From positions 38,068,001 through 38,132,000 of the forward strand of contig NC_042997.1 of NCBI RefSeq assembly GCF_006345805.1: DNA of 64,000 nucleotides. The letters run 5' to 3'. The position numbers were made by a program, and so were the translations under genes. Below, one piece after another: positions 24,088-37,700 of this stretch. This DNA comes from Octopus sinensis. Lineage: Eukaryota. Numbering within the stretch: position 1 is the first letter of the stretch; every line of letters starts with the position of its first letter. Under the pieces are notes generated by a model. It searched no databases and was not told the origin of the DNA. It saw nothing but the letters and a program-made list of their open reading frames with translations.

Positions 24088-24140
<53 letters not shown>
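23338..24140. repeat. (TA)n/(TATG)n array (23338-23480) and (TAGA)n/(TGGA) array (23758-24140)
   Basis: Directly visible. Confidence 0.93.
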
Positions 24141-24141
<1 letters not shown>

Positions 24142-24479
24142 TGTTGGAATGATTGATAAACAGACACAGATAATGTGTAGGTGCCTATGTATGTGTGTAC
24201 ACATTTGCATACACCATCAGAGGTGAACGCTTCCTTTAGAAGCTTCAAATATATGGCTTATACCCTTAATAAAATCTCACAACGGATTGATGTCTAAAGA
24301 CTGTCACTTCCGACAGAAAAATAGAAAGGTAATGTCCTAACCTCAGTTAAAATAGCAGCATACACCCGATACTCAGGTGGAAAGGTTCAAAGAAACATTA
24401 TAAATGTCAGCAAGCTCACCAACTTTTATACAGATTTTTAACCGGGTATCTCAAGACGTTTAATTTTGAAATCAAGTGA

Positions 24480-24720
24480 ATGGGGAAAATATTGACCAGA
24501 GTTAGTGAAGTTGAAAAGAATATTGAATATGCTTGTTATAAGCCAATACAGAGATATTGGTTGCATAAATCCAGTAAGCCTAAAAAAAATAGACATAAAT
24601 CAGACAGGTTATAGATTTACATTGCATAAAAATTCTTCAAAGAATTCGGCTTCAACATCAATATAACAAGAAATATGTACACAGTGAACTTCCTTTCATC
24701 AACTTCGATCTGTCTTGCTG
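24480..24720 (+). mobile_element. Decayed Penelope-like RT fragment
   Basis: Translated pieces QYRDIG (YRDD-like) and KFFKEFGFNINITRNMYTVNFL resemble the Penelope RT palm. Confidence 0.5.
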
Positions 24721-25153
24721 CTAATACCAACATCAAATTAATATAAGGCAAGTGGTTTTGATTTGTCCGTCGCTGTGAGTATGTCTTGGGATTTGTAAGG
24801 GTTCAGAAGAAAATTGACGTATTGTGTGTCGCATGAATGTAGCGGTCAGGCATGTTGAGCGGAAGCTTAGGCCTGGGGATTACTTGGTGTAGTTATCTTG
24901 CTCAGGCATTTGAGGTAACGACATTAAGTGTATTTAGTTATGTTTCTGTAGTATCAGGTCTTTGTTATTGCTAATTAATTTTTGTTATATTATTTGTTAC
25001 ATACAATGATGTCTCCATGATAATGTCATTAGGGGAGTGTGCAGGAGATACCGGTAATATGTAATCGGGGTGGGGGGGATGTTTGCTACAGTCGATAGGG
25101 ATCTGCATGTATTTATTAAATCAATACGATTCGTACAGCTGGTTATATCTACA

Positions 25154-25537
25154 GGAGGCGCAATGGCCCAGTGGTTAGGGCAGCGGACTCGCGGTCGTAG
25201 GATCGCGGTTTCGATTCCCAGACCGGGCGTTGTGAGTGTTTATTGAGCGGAAACATATAAATATCCACGAGGCTCCGGCAGGGATGGTGGTGATCCCTGC
25301 TGTACTCTTTCACCACAACTTTCTCTCGCTCTTACTTCCTGTTTCTGTTGTACCTGTATTTCAAAGGGCCGGCCTTGTCACTCTCTGTGTCACGCTGAAT
25401 ATCCCCGAGAACTACGTTAAGGGTACACGTGTCTGTGGAGTGCTCAGCCACTTACACGTTAATTTCACGAGCAAGCTGTTCCGTTGATGGGATCAACCAG
25501 AACTCTCGTCGTCGTAACTGACGGAGTGCTTCCACAC
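25154..25537 (+). mobile_element. SINE family B
   Basis: Full head and body; TSD TATATCTACA at 25144-25153 and 25538-25547. Confidence 0.93.
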
Positions 25538-28500
25538 TATATCTACAATGTTTTTCTAATGTATTGTTTTTCTCTATAAATGACTATTTGTCTTTCACAA
25601 TATGTAAGTGCTACCCTTATCAGTTTTTGTACGTTTATTATCACAACTCCATCATGGATTGAGAGTTCAGTTTTATTAACAGGGCATTTTGAATTTTAGA
25701 CGTCTTAAGATAGGTTTGTTAAACACTATGAAATTCCTGGGTTAATATTATGCGTGATGATAATGTTTTTCTTTCTGAAAATGTTTTCTTATGGCGTTAG
25801 TGCTAATATATAATATTTTAAACTTCTTTGGTGTACGATTATATGATTTACTTTATGTATATAATACTAGTGATTGCTATATGTACTCGGTGTAGAACTA
25901 TGATTTTGAGAGGTAATAGTAACAGTTCTGGTGGTTAATGTTATTGCTACACTTCAGTTTTATATGAAGATTTGTTACATGACGTTTTTTGATTAGATGT
26001 CTATGTGTTTCGACAACAACGATTTAATTTTTTGGAGATTCTAAAGTCCATTTCATGCAATATTGTCATTTTTAGATTTTATTCATATGCAAGGTCCGAC
26101 CATGTGTTGTCTTTCGTATATTCATCGTACAACGATATTCCTTTCGCAAAAATCCTTTGTTGTACAGCATGTCTGACACGTCCAGACTCCGTTTCTTAAC
26201 ATCAAGGCAAATTTTTAGATTCATTGTCTTAAATTTCCAATTGGGAGGAGGACTATGTAGAATCTATTTTAGCGTTGTTGATAACCTTAGCAACAGAAAT
26301 TTGCAAGCATAAAAGCTTGTACAGTCTTTCATATATTCCTAATTCATATAGTGACATTTCTTGATCGACCAAAATAGTGTTTCTGTGAAAATATATTTTG
26401 TAGGTATGAAAACTCAACTAAACTGTATGAGAAATATTTCATTTCCAGTTATAAAGAACTCCATTATTTTGCATCTCCCTGGAACATGATTTCAAATTCA
26501 TTGGTATTTTTTTCGCACATATATAGATTTTATTTTACATAATTTTCGGTGTTGCACTTGTTTGGCAAGTGAAGTGTTATTTCCTATAAACATATACATG
26601 AATGCATGTATCTATACACACTCACAGACAGGAAGCAATATTGGGGAATATAAAATTGGAAGAGAGAAATAAATAAAGACTACTAGCTTTTTATATTAAA
26701 CATTATTCAAGCAACACTAATTTCACATATGTATATCCGTTCGTGACTGTCGCTTGAACATAGCTTTCTCTTCAGTACGGCAGATTAAATCTTGTCTCAG
26801 TTTCATAGTTTATATTTACAATACTTTATTATAGGCAATAATTCCTTCTGTATGGACATGTCAGCAACTACAAAAAGCACAATATTATTATCAGACCCCA
26901 TGAAATATAATGTGTCATGTGAAATAAATAATTTACGAACGTTTCACTTCATTTGTTTATTTTTGTGATGTTTTAAAACTATTCCAAACTATCTAGTCAC
27001 AAGATACCTTAACAATTTTCCCCATATATTTACGCTGGTTAAGGAAATATTCAGTATTTATTTCTTCGCATCAAAAAGAAAAGTTTTAAGAGAAAGCTGT
27101 TTCAGTGTAAAAAACAATATATTCCCATTTATTAATTCCTTGTATCAGAGATTTTACATTCTCTCTTAAAACTTTTGGTTAAAGTTAATATGTTGCTGCA
27201 ATCATAAACAAAGTAGAGTAATTTAAAATAGGAATAAATTAGAGTATTTGTTTTCAATTTAGTAGTTTAATTTATAACATTAATGGTTGATTATTTGTAT
27301 CCTTAAAGTCGCATTGACATGCAGTACAAATTTCATCATTAAAATAAATACACCCAACGGTCCACTCATATTTTATGATGTCTGACCGGTTCCTTTAATT
27401 GTCTCTTTAACCGTCTCTTCCACACTTTTATGAGTTTCATATTAGTTGCATATTCCTGGAGTCGTTTGCAATTTTTTTCATAATTTATTGAAGCTTCTCC
27501 CATGTGATTCCAAACCAAAATGATAATCAGTCCCTTATTAATTTAGTCTGCATGACATAAATAAGATATTCCATTGGGAGAATTCTGATGTCTGATATTT
27601 ACATGTCCCAGAGTTTTCTACGACAGCATATTAATTTTAAACTAATACCATTTATTTTCGCTTAAATTAACTTTTCTGTAACAATTCATATTAAACTTCT
27701 AAGTTATAACTGTTGTTTTTTAAAAGGTTAGACGACACTATAATTTGAGGAATCTAGAAACCAATTTTGTAAAGCATTTGTTACACTTTTCCAACAATCC
27801 TGTGGGCCATATGCAACTGGCAATCGGCTGCACAGCCTTTTACACCTGTTGGGATAGCCACTGTAACGTTTCGCAATGGTTACGTCAATGCGGAATGCAG
27901 TCAATGGCCGAAACGAGTAAAAATAGAAATGGATTGAAAGCAGCATTGAAGAAGTATCGAAACTGGATTAAGAACGAGGACAGGATTAAATCAAAGTGAC
28001 GAAACCTCATCTCACTTCAGAATAAGACTTCTTTAACAGACACAAAAACTGCTTTTCAGAAGACAATGTATTGAATGGTAATATTTTCTTTCCCTTCTCT
28101 ATATCATGATGACTTTTCGAGAGAAATAAAAAAATGCTCCAAGTGGAAAAGAATTTATTCACAAAATTGAATTTCAGAAATGTATATATTCTTTTAGTTT
28201 CTTCAGCTATAAAGCTACAGATATTTCAATTCAAATACGTGAAGGTAACAATAAATTCACATAACTAATTGCTGCAAGCTAATTTGATACGTTCATTTTA
28301 TCCGCTTTTTCTAATGATTCAGTTAATATGATGTCTTCTGCTTTAATTATTCTTTCTGTTCAAGACACAAGGCAATATTACATTTTGGAAGAGTTGACAG
28401 CTGATGATAAAAACGTCAATGCTTGTGTGGAAATTATTTTATTGCCCCCAGAAAACTAAAGTTAAAATACATTTTAGCGAAATTCGAAATCAAAATTACA

Positions 28501-28776
28501 TGTTCTCCGACTCTACCGGTTTACCCATTCCCTGCCTACTATCGACTTCATTAATGAATAAATTAGAAGTAATTGTGGGTTAGGTATTGAATAGAGAGCT
28601 ATATTCTACATCGTGGTGATTAAACATAGCTCCAAACGAAACGATAATTGAATTTAAGACTGAAAAATAAAACGTATCTAACCAGTGCCCTTGATGTTTG
28701 ACTCATTTATTGCCATATACAATTACGAAATGTACAACGGCAGTTAATATAAGATTTAAATTTAATCCACTTTCAT

Positions 28777-29310
28777 AGCTACACGAAGATAGCCTTTGTG
28801 CAGCATGTAAGCTACTGGGAAAGACTCAAGAGATTACATCTCTATTCCTTGGAGCGTAGGCGAGAAAGATATGCCATAATATACATCTGGAAGATCCTGG
28901 AAGGACTTGTCCCAAACTTTGGCATCGAGAGTTACACAAATGCCAAAACTGGGCGCCACTGCGTGGTGCCTAGGACTCCAAATTTGCCTTCAAGATGTAG
29001 GACAAGATACCGTGATAGCCTGGGCTTCCGAGGTCCACAGCTCTTCAATATCCTCCCGAAGAACCTAAGAAACCTGCATGGGGTGGATGCAGATGTCTTT
29101 AAAATGAAACTGGATCTCTTCTTGTCAGGTATCCCAGATGAACCAACTTCACGGCAGGAGGTGCAGATGAGGGCAGCTGCATCGAACTCTCTCATGCACC
29201 AAATGGCAGTTGCTAAAAAGTATTCGTGAAGTAAAACCATGTAGCAACACCAAATGGCGGTGCCCCAGCATGGCCACAGCTCGTAAGCTGAAACTAGAAT
29301 CAATCAATCA
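28777..29310 (+). mobile_element. 3' fragment of a second CR1/L2-type LINE with intact ORF2 end and 3' UTR
   Basis: ORF 28798-29229: SYWERLKRLHLYSLERRRERY...GPQLFNILP...FKMKLDLFLSGIPDEP; tail ends in (AATC)n. Confidence 0.88.
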
Positions 29311-30056
29311 TATGTTCGCTTTAGATTTTTGCTACCTATGCCTACAAAGTATATTTGAGCACAAAAACATGCATCAGTCTAAGTAAATGTTGAGAAGATG
29401 ATTATGAGATTATGAGAAAATAAGAAAACTAAGTTGGAATATTCCATGAAAAATAAAATAATTTTCTCTGATATTCACAAATCCAGATTCACATCAGATG
29501 TACGAATAATACATAACCATTTCTACTAGGGATCGGTATGCATAGTATTAAAGATCAGTTCTTTTGACAATGCATAGTATTAAAGATCAGTTCTTTTGAC
29601 AAGTGAACTGAACTATTTTTTATAACCCACAGTATATAACTGAAAAATGCTACCTAGTGCACACCATTTTACATTGAATTGCAGAAAAGAACTGCAATGT
29701 CTATTCCGGAGAAATGAAGAATACAAATACTGCAATTAGATACTTCCTAACTAAGCACGGATCGTTATAGATGGGTCAGGAATGCTGACATTATATTGTT
29801 TGTGGAAGAGAGGTAATCTTTACTCGTCGTAGAACCTAACGAATGAAATGGACCTGTTCGACCAGATCTTGCTTTAATGACATCAAGAACAAAACAGTAT
29901 GTGTAAGAGTTATATTGTAAATGCTTAACAATATGAAGTAAACTACAATTATAATTTATACTGCTGGAATTTACAGTAGGTAGATTAAACATTTTATGTA
30001 TGTGAAGTAGTCAAGCCAAGGCATGGCTGTGGTGACAGGCTCCGTTCTACTAAAAA

Positions 30057-30400
30057 ATGCCTCTCGTGGCAAGCGCCCCAAATCACCACTGTTATCCAAG
30101 TCCAATTGCTGGCCTTCTCGTTCATCTGGAGAAACAATTTCTTGGTATTAATGCTTTTGCTAGATGGATAGCGTTAGCCTCAAAAGAATTTTTCGTGAAG
30201 GAAAATGCAAACGCTGACTACAAATGTATGCTGCCTTGTGACAATACCCACCCATGGGAGAGGCTTCATAAGTAAACCTGAAGTAGAACTCCAGAGCTGA
30301 AATGTCTAAAGCAGCCCAAACTCATTTTCAATATTTCCTGGTAATTACCTCACTAGATTTCATGAAATCTTAGGGATGCAAATAAACTACTTTGTGGCAG
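30057..30400 (+). mobile_element. Possible decayed pogo/Tigger DDE transposase fragment
   Basis: KCMLPCDNTHP resembles the LLLLDNAPxHP motif; a single weak motif. Confidence 0.25.
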
Positions 30401-31055
30401 GGAACAACTCAGCCAAGCAAAGCAGGACGAGAAAATAAGGACAAAAAAATAAGCAAGCAGCAATCACGTTAAAATGGTGCAATATACGGACACGATATAT
30501 TTTAGTGATTAACAATGAACTGTTAAAATTTTGAGTGTATACAGCAACCCTACAAGGGCATACCCTGCAGAATTGAGAACTCTATGAAACAGACACTATT
30601 ATTTATAACAGGCTTAATCTAGATTAGAGATTAGAGTGTTGGTTTTGTTGTTAGAAACTTATTACTAAGGATGAATCCCATCGGGGAAGAGCCCATGCTC
30701 ATTTTCTAACTTCGATTCCATACGACTATTGAAGCTCTCTGGCTCGCCAGTGCCCATGCATCGATTCTCTTCTTTACACGAAATTCAAAAGATGAATCCT
30801 ACGTCCAACTCTCAAAGACATTCATATGATTGCAATCCAGAAACAGCTACTGCTGCTTGGCGATTCAACAACAGAGTTCATGTTCACCACCAATCTTATC
30901 CAAACTGCCTGGGTCGGCATCAGATTAGTAGAATAAATGAGAGCAAACAACATTTGCACGGGTTTTTTCTCGCACCAAGTATTGTGTGCTAGAAACCAGA
31001 AAATAACTGTAATGAATGATATTATAACTTTAAAACATGCAATAATCAGTATATT

Positions 31056-31440
31056 GGAGGCGCAATGGCCCCGTGGTTAGGGCAGCGGACTCGCGGTTGA
31101 AGGGTCGCGGTTTCGATTCCCAGACCGGGCGTTGTGAGTGTTTATTGAGCGAAAACACCTAAAGCTCCACGAGGCTCCGGCAGGGGATGGTGGGGATCCC
31201 TGCTGTACTCTTTCACCACAACTTTCTCTCAGTCTTACTTCCTGTTTCTGTTGTACCTGTATTTCAAAGGGCCGGCCTTGTCACTCTCTGTGTCACGCTG
31301 AATATCCCCGAGAACTACGTTGAGGGTACACGTGTCTGTGGAGTGCTCAGCCACTTACACGTTAATTTCACGAGCAGGCTGTTCCGTTGATTCGGATCAA
31401 CCGGAACCCTCGTCGTCGTAACCGACGGAGTGCTTCCATC
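31056..31440 (+). mobile_element. SINE family B
   Basis: Full head and body; TSD AATCAGTATATT at 31044-31055 and 31441-31452. Confidence 0.93.
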
Positions 31441-31929
31441 AATCAGTATATTGTTGGACCTCTTCAGGAATAATAAGTGTTTCTTAGTCTTCAGTTACAA
31501 AATTACTTATTTGATTTATTTGAGGACAATGTTGAGATATTTTCAAATGTAAACAAACTTATTTTCAAAGACGGATAGTTCATGTGCTTAGAAATTTATC
31601 ATGTAAAATTTAGCTAATAGTAAACGTTAAAATGCTACATAAACATCAAATCTATTTGTAAAGAAATTCACATTTACCTATCACACATACTGTATATTTA
31701 TATTCATAGTTACACCTATATAGGTTAACCCGATAGAGTGGCAAAAGGACGGCCGTAACGCTTCGTGACTGATGCAATATACGAAAAAGCCACACTAGGA
31801 AAAAGTAAATAAAGATTTGATAAACAACATTGGTGCGGTTTTAGAATTAAATAATCTAGGCCACAATTTCCAGCGATTAAAAAAAATATTTAGCATTTAA
31901 CACACTATGTGCACAAAAAAAAAAAAATC

Positions 31930-32270
31930 ACGAACTAATATTAATACTAGGGAAGTCAAAAATGGAGCTACAGTCACATAAAGCATTTAGATTATTATTG
32001 CCTGTGCCGATAATAACTTTATTGTTTCCTCTATGTATAATATTAGAGAGAGTTTGAGCAAGATTTGTATTCCTAGTTGGTGGGGGGATACTTCTAGTTA
32101 TATAATATTCATCAAGTTTATTGTTATTTAAAAATGATATATGTCTAAATATGTTTTGAGTAATAGAAAATTCTATCCTTATTGAATTATTATTACTAGA
32201 AGTAAAATGCTTATCTATTATTGATAAGGTTTGACTATTTGTTTTCCAGAAGGTAAGATACGCCAAATTA

Positions 32271-32331
<61 letters not shown>

Positions 32332-32860
32332 ACTCCTTGAATGATAGTTTTTATTAGTACTGTTATGCTTATTAAATGTAAGTGTAGGTTCGATTATATC
32401 TGTAGACAATTTGTCATTTATCTTATTGACTGTCGGGTGGAAATCATTATTTTCAAATTTAAATTGTTTTTGTACACTCTGCCTTATGCAATGCGGAGTT
32501 ATAAAAGTCCTTATACATATTAAAATTTCTTTGTTAGATGAGAGGTAATTAATTCTATGTTGTATATTATTAACTAAATATTTGTTAATTATTTTGGGAT
32601 GATTACTATCATAATTAATATAAGTTAGTTTCTAATTAGGTTTGTGATAAGGTGCGTAGTATCCTGTGAGTAGGTAAAGGTTGACATCTAAAAACATTCA
32701 CGGAACTGTGCTCAGGTTCTACGGAAATTTTCAGGCCAAAGGTATTAAAAAATCTGTGAAATTTTTTCGCATAATTTTCTAATTATCTATTGCTAGTAGA
32801 TTTAATTAAGAATAATGTATCGTTTGTACATACACCTACGGCTATTTCTGGAAATTCATT
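31930..32860 (-). mobile_element. Decayed AT-rich Penelope-like element fragment
   Basis: Minus frame at about 32700-32500 reads FLDVNLYLLTGYYAPYHKPN*KLTYINYDSNHPKIINK...RINYLSSNKEI, the Penelope RT thumb signature. Confidence 0.65.
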
Positions 32861-32887
32861 ATTTAACTTATACAGAATATATATATA

Positions 32888-33052
32888 GGCGCAGGAGTGG
32901 CTGTGTGGTAAGTAGATTGCTAACCAACCACATGGTTCCGGGTTCAGTCCCACTGCGTGGCATCTTGGGCAAGTGGCTTCTGCTATAGCCCCGGGCCGAC
33001 CAATGCCTTTTGAGAGGATTTGGTAGACGCAAACTGAAAGACGCCTGTCGTA

Positions 33053-33097
<45 letters not shown>

Positions 33098-33320
33098 GTG
33101 TGTGTTTGTGTGTGTGTGTTTGTCCCCCTAGCATTGCTTGACAACCGATGCTGGTGTGTTTACGTCCCCGTCACCTAGCGCTTCGGCAAAAGAGACAGAT
33201 AGAATAAGTACTGGGCTTACAAAGAATAAGTCCCGGGGTCGATTTGGTCGACTAAAAGCGGTGCTCCAGCCTGGCCGCAGTCAAATGACTGAAACAATTA
33301 AAAGAGAGAGTAAAAGAGTA
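32888..33320 (+). mobile_element. tRNA-derived SINE family A
   Basis: Complete copy. Confidence 0.92.
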
Positions 33321-33511
33321 TACTCACAATATCATTGACCTGAGCTGAATCAGTAGATCCCATGAGTATATCGAAGTAGTCGGGTGTATCCTTTCTAGCC
33401 CAGTATTTATTGTCAAATTTAATTGATTTTCAAGCAGTGACGAATTGTATTGATTTCTTTACGAGGCAAACTAGTGTGGCCGATAACAATCCCTTACGTA
33501 GATATTGCTTC

Positions 33512-33587
<76 letters not shown>

Positions 33588-33712
33588 TTATATTTATATA
33601 TATAGTTACTTATTTATTTATTTTTCTATTGTTGAATGTTAAGCATCTAAACATTTTCTTTCTTTGCTTTTTTATTATTCCTAGATGTACAAGTATGTAT
33701 ATTCGATTTAAC

Positions 33713-34085
33713 ATTTCACGCACCCCTCGTCAGACGATCTATCATCGTAAAATTTTACATTAGGCAAAAATAACATTTTCGTTTACTTTAATACAAACAA
33801 TAAAACAATAACATATTTTCCCAAAATTAATCTCGATTCATTGACTAATTCTTATGTAACTGGGCCTTGAATTCAATTCATTTGAATTGTTTGAAGTATT
33901 TGCATGAAATGCCAACATATAATTGTTTAAAATAGTTTTCTTTGGTGCATTCAGAGTAAAGAAAGGCAAGAATCCGTTTGGTCTTCAATCTGCTATAGAA
34001 TTCTGAGGTATTTTAATGTCATGAGTCATCAGTATTTAGTAAAATATTTTCAATGGTAAATATATAGATTCATGTGGATGTGTAT
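33713..34085 (+). repeat. Direct repeat copy 1 (paired with 38262-38607)
   Basis: Collinear long identical blocks, e.g. TTTTCCCAAAATTAATCTCGATTCATTG and TATAGAATTCTGAGGTATTTTAATGTCATG. Confidence 0.9.
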
Positions 34086-34384
34086 GAGCATTACTATTAG
34101 ATAATTGGTATAGAATTGATAGATAACGTTTGACTGAATATCGTCATTTCTAATATTATAGGTGATTAGAAATGGTATATCTATGTTCGCCTCGTCCCTC
34201 GCATCGTAAGAATTTCTCCCTAAGTTAAGGCGTCGGATGTTTTGCTATGGATATAGTACGGTTTATAACATTTCTCGAGTACGTTTGGTTCAGTGAATTA
34301 TTTTTATGTTTACCAGTCATCTCTGGCCTTCTAGCAACCATGGCTGATGCACACCTATTTTTAGCCATATTAAATATGCTTCTT

Positions 34385-34416
34385 CTAACATTTATGTACG
34401 TATGTATGTATAAATG

Positions 34417-34482
<66 letters not shown>

Positions 34483-34540
34483 GAGAGAGAAACATAGATA
34501 AGATAGATAGATAGACAGATAGATAGATGGATAGATAGAC

Positions 34541-34575
<35 letters not shown>

Positions 34576-34576
34576 C

Positions 34577-34631
<55 letters not shown>

Positions 34632-34705
34632 CAAATAGATAGATAGATAGATAGATAGATAGACAGAGAGATAGACAGATAGATAGATACATACATACAT
34701 CTATA
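34385..34705. repeat. (TA)n-(GA)n-(TAGA)n compound microsatellite
   Basis: Directly visible. Confidence 0.95.
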
Positions 34706-37700
34706 TAGCGAGAATTTACAAAAAAGAAAAAAAACAAGACGCGTGTGGAAACAACAAACATATGTATTAGTTTAACGCTCGGGAAGTGAGAAAGTCCTTT
34801 ACGTTTCGAGCCTATGCTCTTTTCACAGAAAGGAACACAAAAATAAACTGGGAGGGAAAATTTATACTAGCTAGCGATCTATCATGGCGAATGCCGGACA
34901 GAGGGGTCTGACAGGAGAGCTAGGAAGAAGAGAAAATAATAAAGTAGTGGTGATCCCAAAACAAAGGTGCGCATGTGTGTGTATGTAAGAGCGTGTATGC
35001 GCGTGTGGCATGGGGCTGGTGACCTTTACGTGTGCGTGTGTGTATGTCTAGGTATGTGGATAATGGTGTAGGTGCTGGGAAGTGGTCAGTGCTAGTGTGT
35101 GCGAGGTGGTGTGACGTGGTGTGATGTGGTATGGTGGTGTGTGGTGCTGTGTGGTGAGATGGTGGTATTGGAGTATGGGGAGGCGAGAATGGAGGAAGCA
35201 AGGGCGGGGTCTAAGGGATGGGGTGGGGTGGTATGGGATGTATAGAGATGGTGGGGTTGTAATGTGTAGGGGTGGGGTAAATGGGTGACCATGAAGGGAG
35301 AGGGTAGAAGGTAGAAGGTGAGTAGGAGTGAAGAGAGGAAGTAGGTGTCAGAGGAAGAGAGGAGATGTGGGTGGGAGGAAGTAGGTGTGATAGGAATAGA
35401 GGAGGAGGATTGTTAGATGAAGAGGGGATGGGAGTTGAGCCCATGTGGCCCAATGGAGCGAAGAGAGAAGATGAATCCTTGATCACGGCTAAAACGGGAG
35501 TCCAGAGTGCCCCTGTACAAGGAAAATCCGAACATAGACAGGTGTTGTAAAGTATGACCAATAGAGCGAAAATGGCGCGAGACCGGAGTATCGTTGCCGA
35601 GTAAGATGTCTCGGAGGTGTTCCGCGAACCGGTCAGCCAAGCGGCATCCCGTTTGACCGATGTATAGAAAAGGTCAGAAAGTGCAGGAGATTCAGTAGAT
35701 GACGTTGGTAGAAGTGAAGGTGAAGGAGTCAATGGTATGATAGGGTCGATGATGGTTGCCTGTGAGGATAGTGGTGTTGGAGTGGTGAGGTAAAGTGCCG
35801 CTGCGTTGGCGGCAGGGGAATGAGTCGTGTTGCGAGGCTGGTTTAGGGTAGAAGCTGTGAACCAAGAGGTCTCGTAGTTTGTGGGCTCGATTGAAGAATG
35901 GCAGGGGTCGATTAGGGAAGATGTGCGATCTGGAGGAGTCGGAATGGAGTCGCCAGAAGGCTCAGAAAATGGTGCGTCGGAGAGATAGAGTTGGGGTGGT
36001 AGGTGCGTGAAAATGGGATAAGGGTGACGGTGGGTCGGGTGCGAAGGGAGAGAGCAGATGCACGGTCCATGAAACGTGTTCTGGTAAGTGCAGTATGAAT
36101 AGATTTGCGGGGATATCCACGTAGGATGAAGTGACGAGCTATGAGTTGAGAATGAGTCTCAAAGTCGTGGTTTTCACTGCACAGCCTGCGTGGACGGCGG
36201 AATTGGGAATAAGGGATGGAGAGCTTGGTGTGTTTGGGAGAAGTTGAGGTATGAGTGTGAGTGTTTGTTTGTAGAGGATGGAGGTGGTGAGAGTATAGTA
36301 ATGAATGCTAACCGAAATGTCGAGACAGGCAACTGAGGTGTCGCAAATAGTGCAGAAGTGGAGGGCAGGTTGGAAAGATTTGACAAAAGAGAGGAAGGAG
36401 TCTAGCTGTTCGCGGTAGAGTGAGGTGGCGTCGATGCAGTCATCAATATAACGACCTATAGTTTGGGAGTGGGACATGTGAAACTTCAGAATATTTGGGC
36501 CTCAGCGTAGCCAACGAAGTTCGCATAGTTGGGGCTTATTCTCGTTCCCATGTCCACTCGTGAGCTATGCAGGTACAAATCACCTGGGAACGAGAAGCAG
36601 TTAAGGAAGAGGACAAGTTCGGCCACACGAAGTGTGGATGTATCAGGTTGTGGGTTGGGTCGAACGTCAAGGAAATGCTGGAGTGCACGCAGCTCCTTGT
36701 GGTGAGGTATCTCCGGGCATAGGCTCTTGATGTCAAGAGTGAAGAGAAGTTCAGATGGGCCAGGAGGGAATGAGAAGGAGTTGAACAAACGAAGAGTATG
36801 GTTGGTGTCATGGATGTGAGAGGGAAAAGAAGCCACTAATGGGGCAAAGACACGGTCAAGATACCTGGAGAGGAGTTATGTGGGGCAGTTGCAGGCGGAG
36901 ACGATGGAGCGGCCAGGGTTGTTAGGTTTGTGGATTTTGGAGAGGAAATAAATTGTGGGGCTGCGAGAGGTGCGGAAAATGAGGCTTGAGGTAGTGGGGG
37001 AGACGGGAGGAGGAGAGGGGAAGATCTGGAGGAATGGTAACAACAGACTGAAGTGGAGAAGTGGTGGACGGGACAGAAGTAGGAAAGGTGGTGGAGTGGA
37101 AGGCTGGTAGGGAGGGAATGAGGGGTATGTGGGTAGTGGGTTGTTAGGGACTGGGTTTGGTGAGGGTAGGAGAGCGTATCAGAGAGGGAGAGGGGAAGTG
37201 GAGGAGTTGGAGTAGTGGCATCGGGTGTGATGGAATGGAGGAATGAGTGGAGTTTACGTTGTTTCGTGTGAGCGAGAAATTGATGAGAGATGATTTAAAT
37301 GAATTATATAACGTAAAGTATTGTTAGCATGGGGGGGGGCCAGAGGAGAAGAAGATGGGAAAAAGAAGAGGGAGAAGGCGGTCGATGATGTGTATTTGGA
37401 AAGATTTGAACGAATGGTGGCGTGCATAAGGCGGTAGGATGTAGTACGGAGGATGGTTGAAGTAGAGTGAAGAGTGGGGTAGAAATGGAGGCGGAAACCT
37501 TCAGGGATGAGGTGGTGATGAAGGCAGCGACTGAGAAAGGAAACGTAGCTAGATAAGCGTGTTTTATTGAAAATTAGTAGAGAAAGTTTAATAGAAGGCT
37601 GAAAGCAGCGGGAAGGGTGTATGGAAAGGTGCCTTTTTAGGCGGTAGTGAAGGTAGAGGAGGAAAGGTTTGTAATCAGGCATGATTAAAAAACAAGAAGA

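Noticed and set aside
26130-26200. Minus-strand peptide NGVWTCQTCCTTKDFCERN resembling a Ly6/three-finger C-terminus
   Set aside because: Weak acceptor, upstream stops, no CN terminus and no other exons found.
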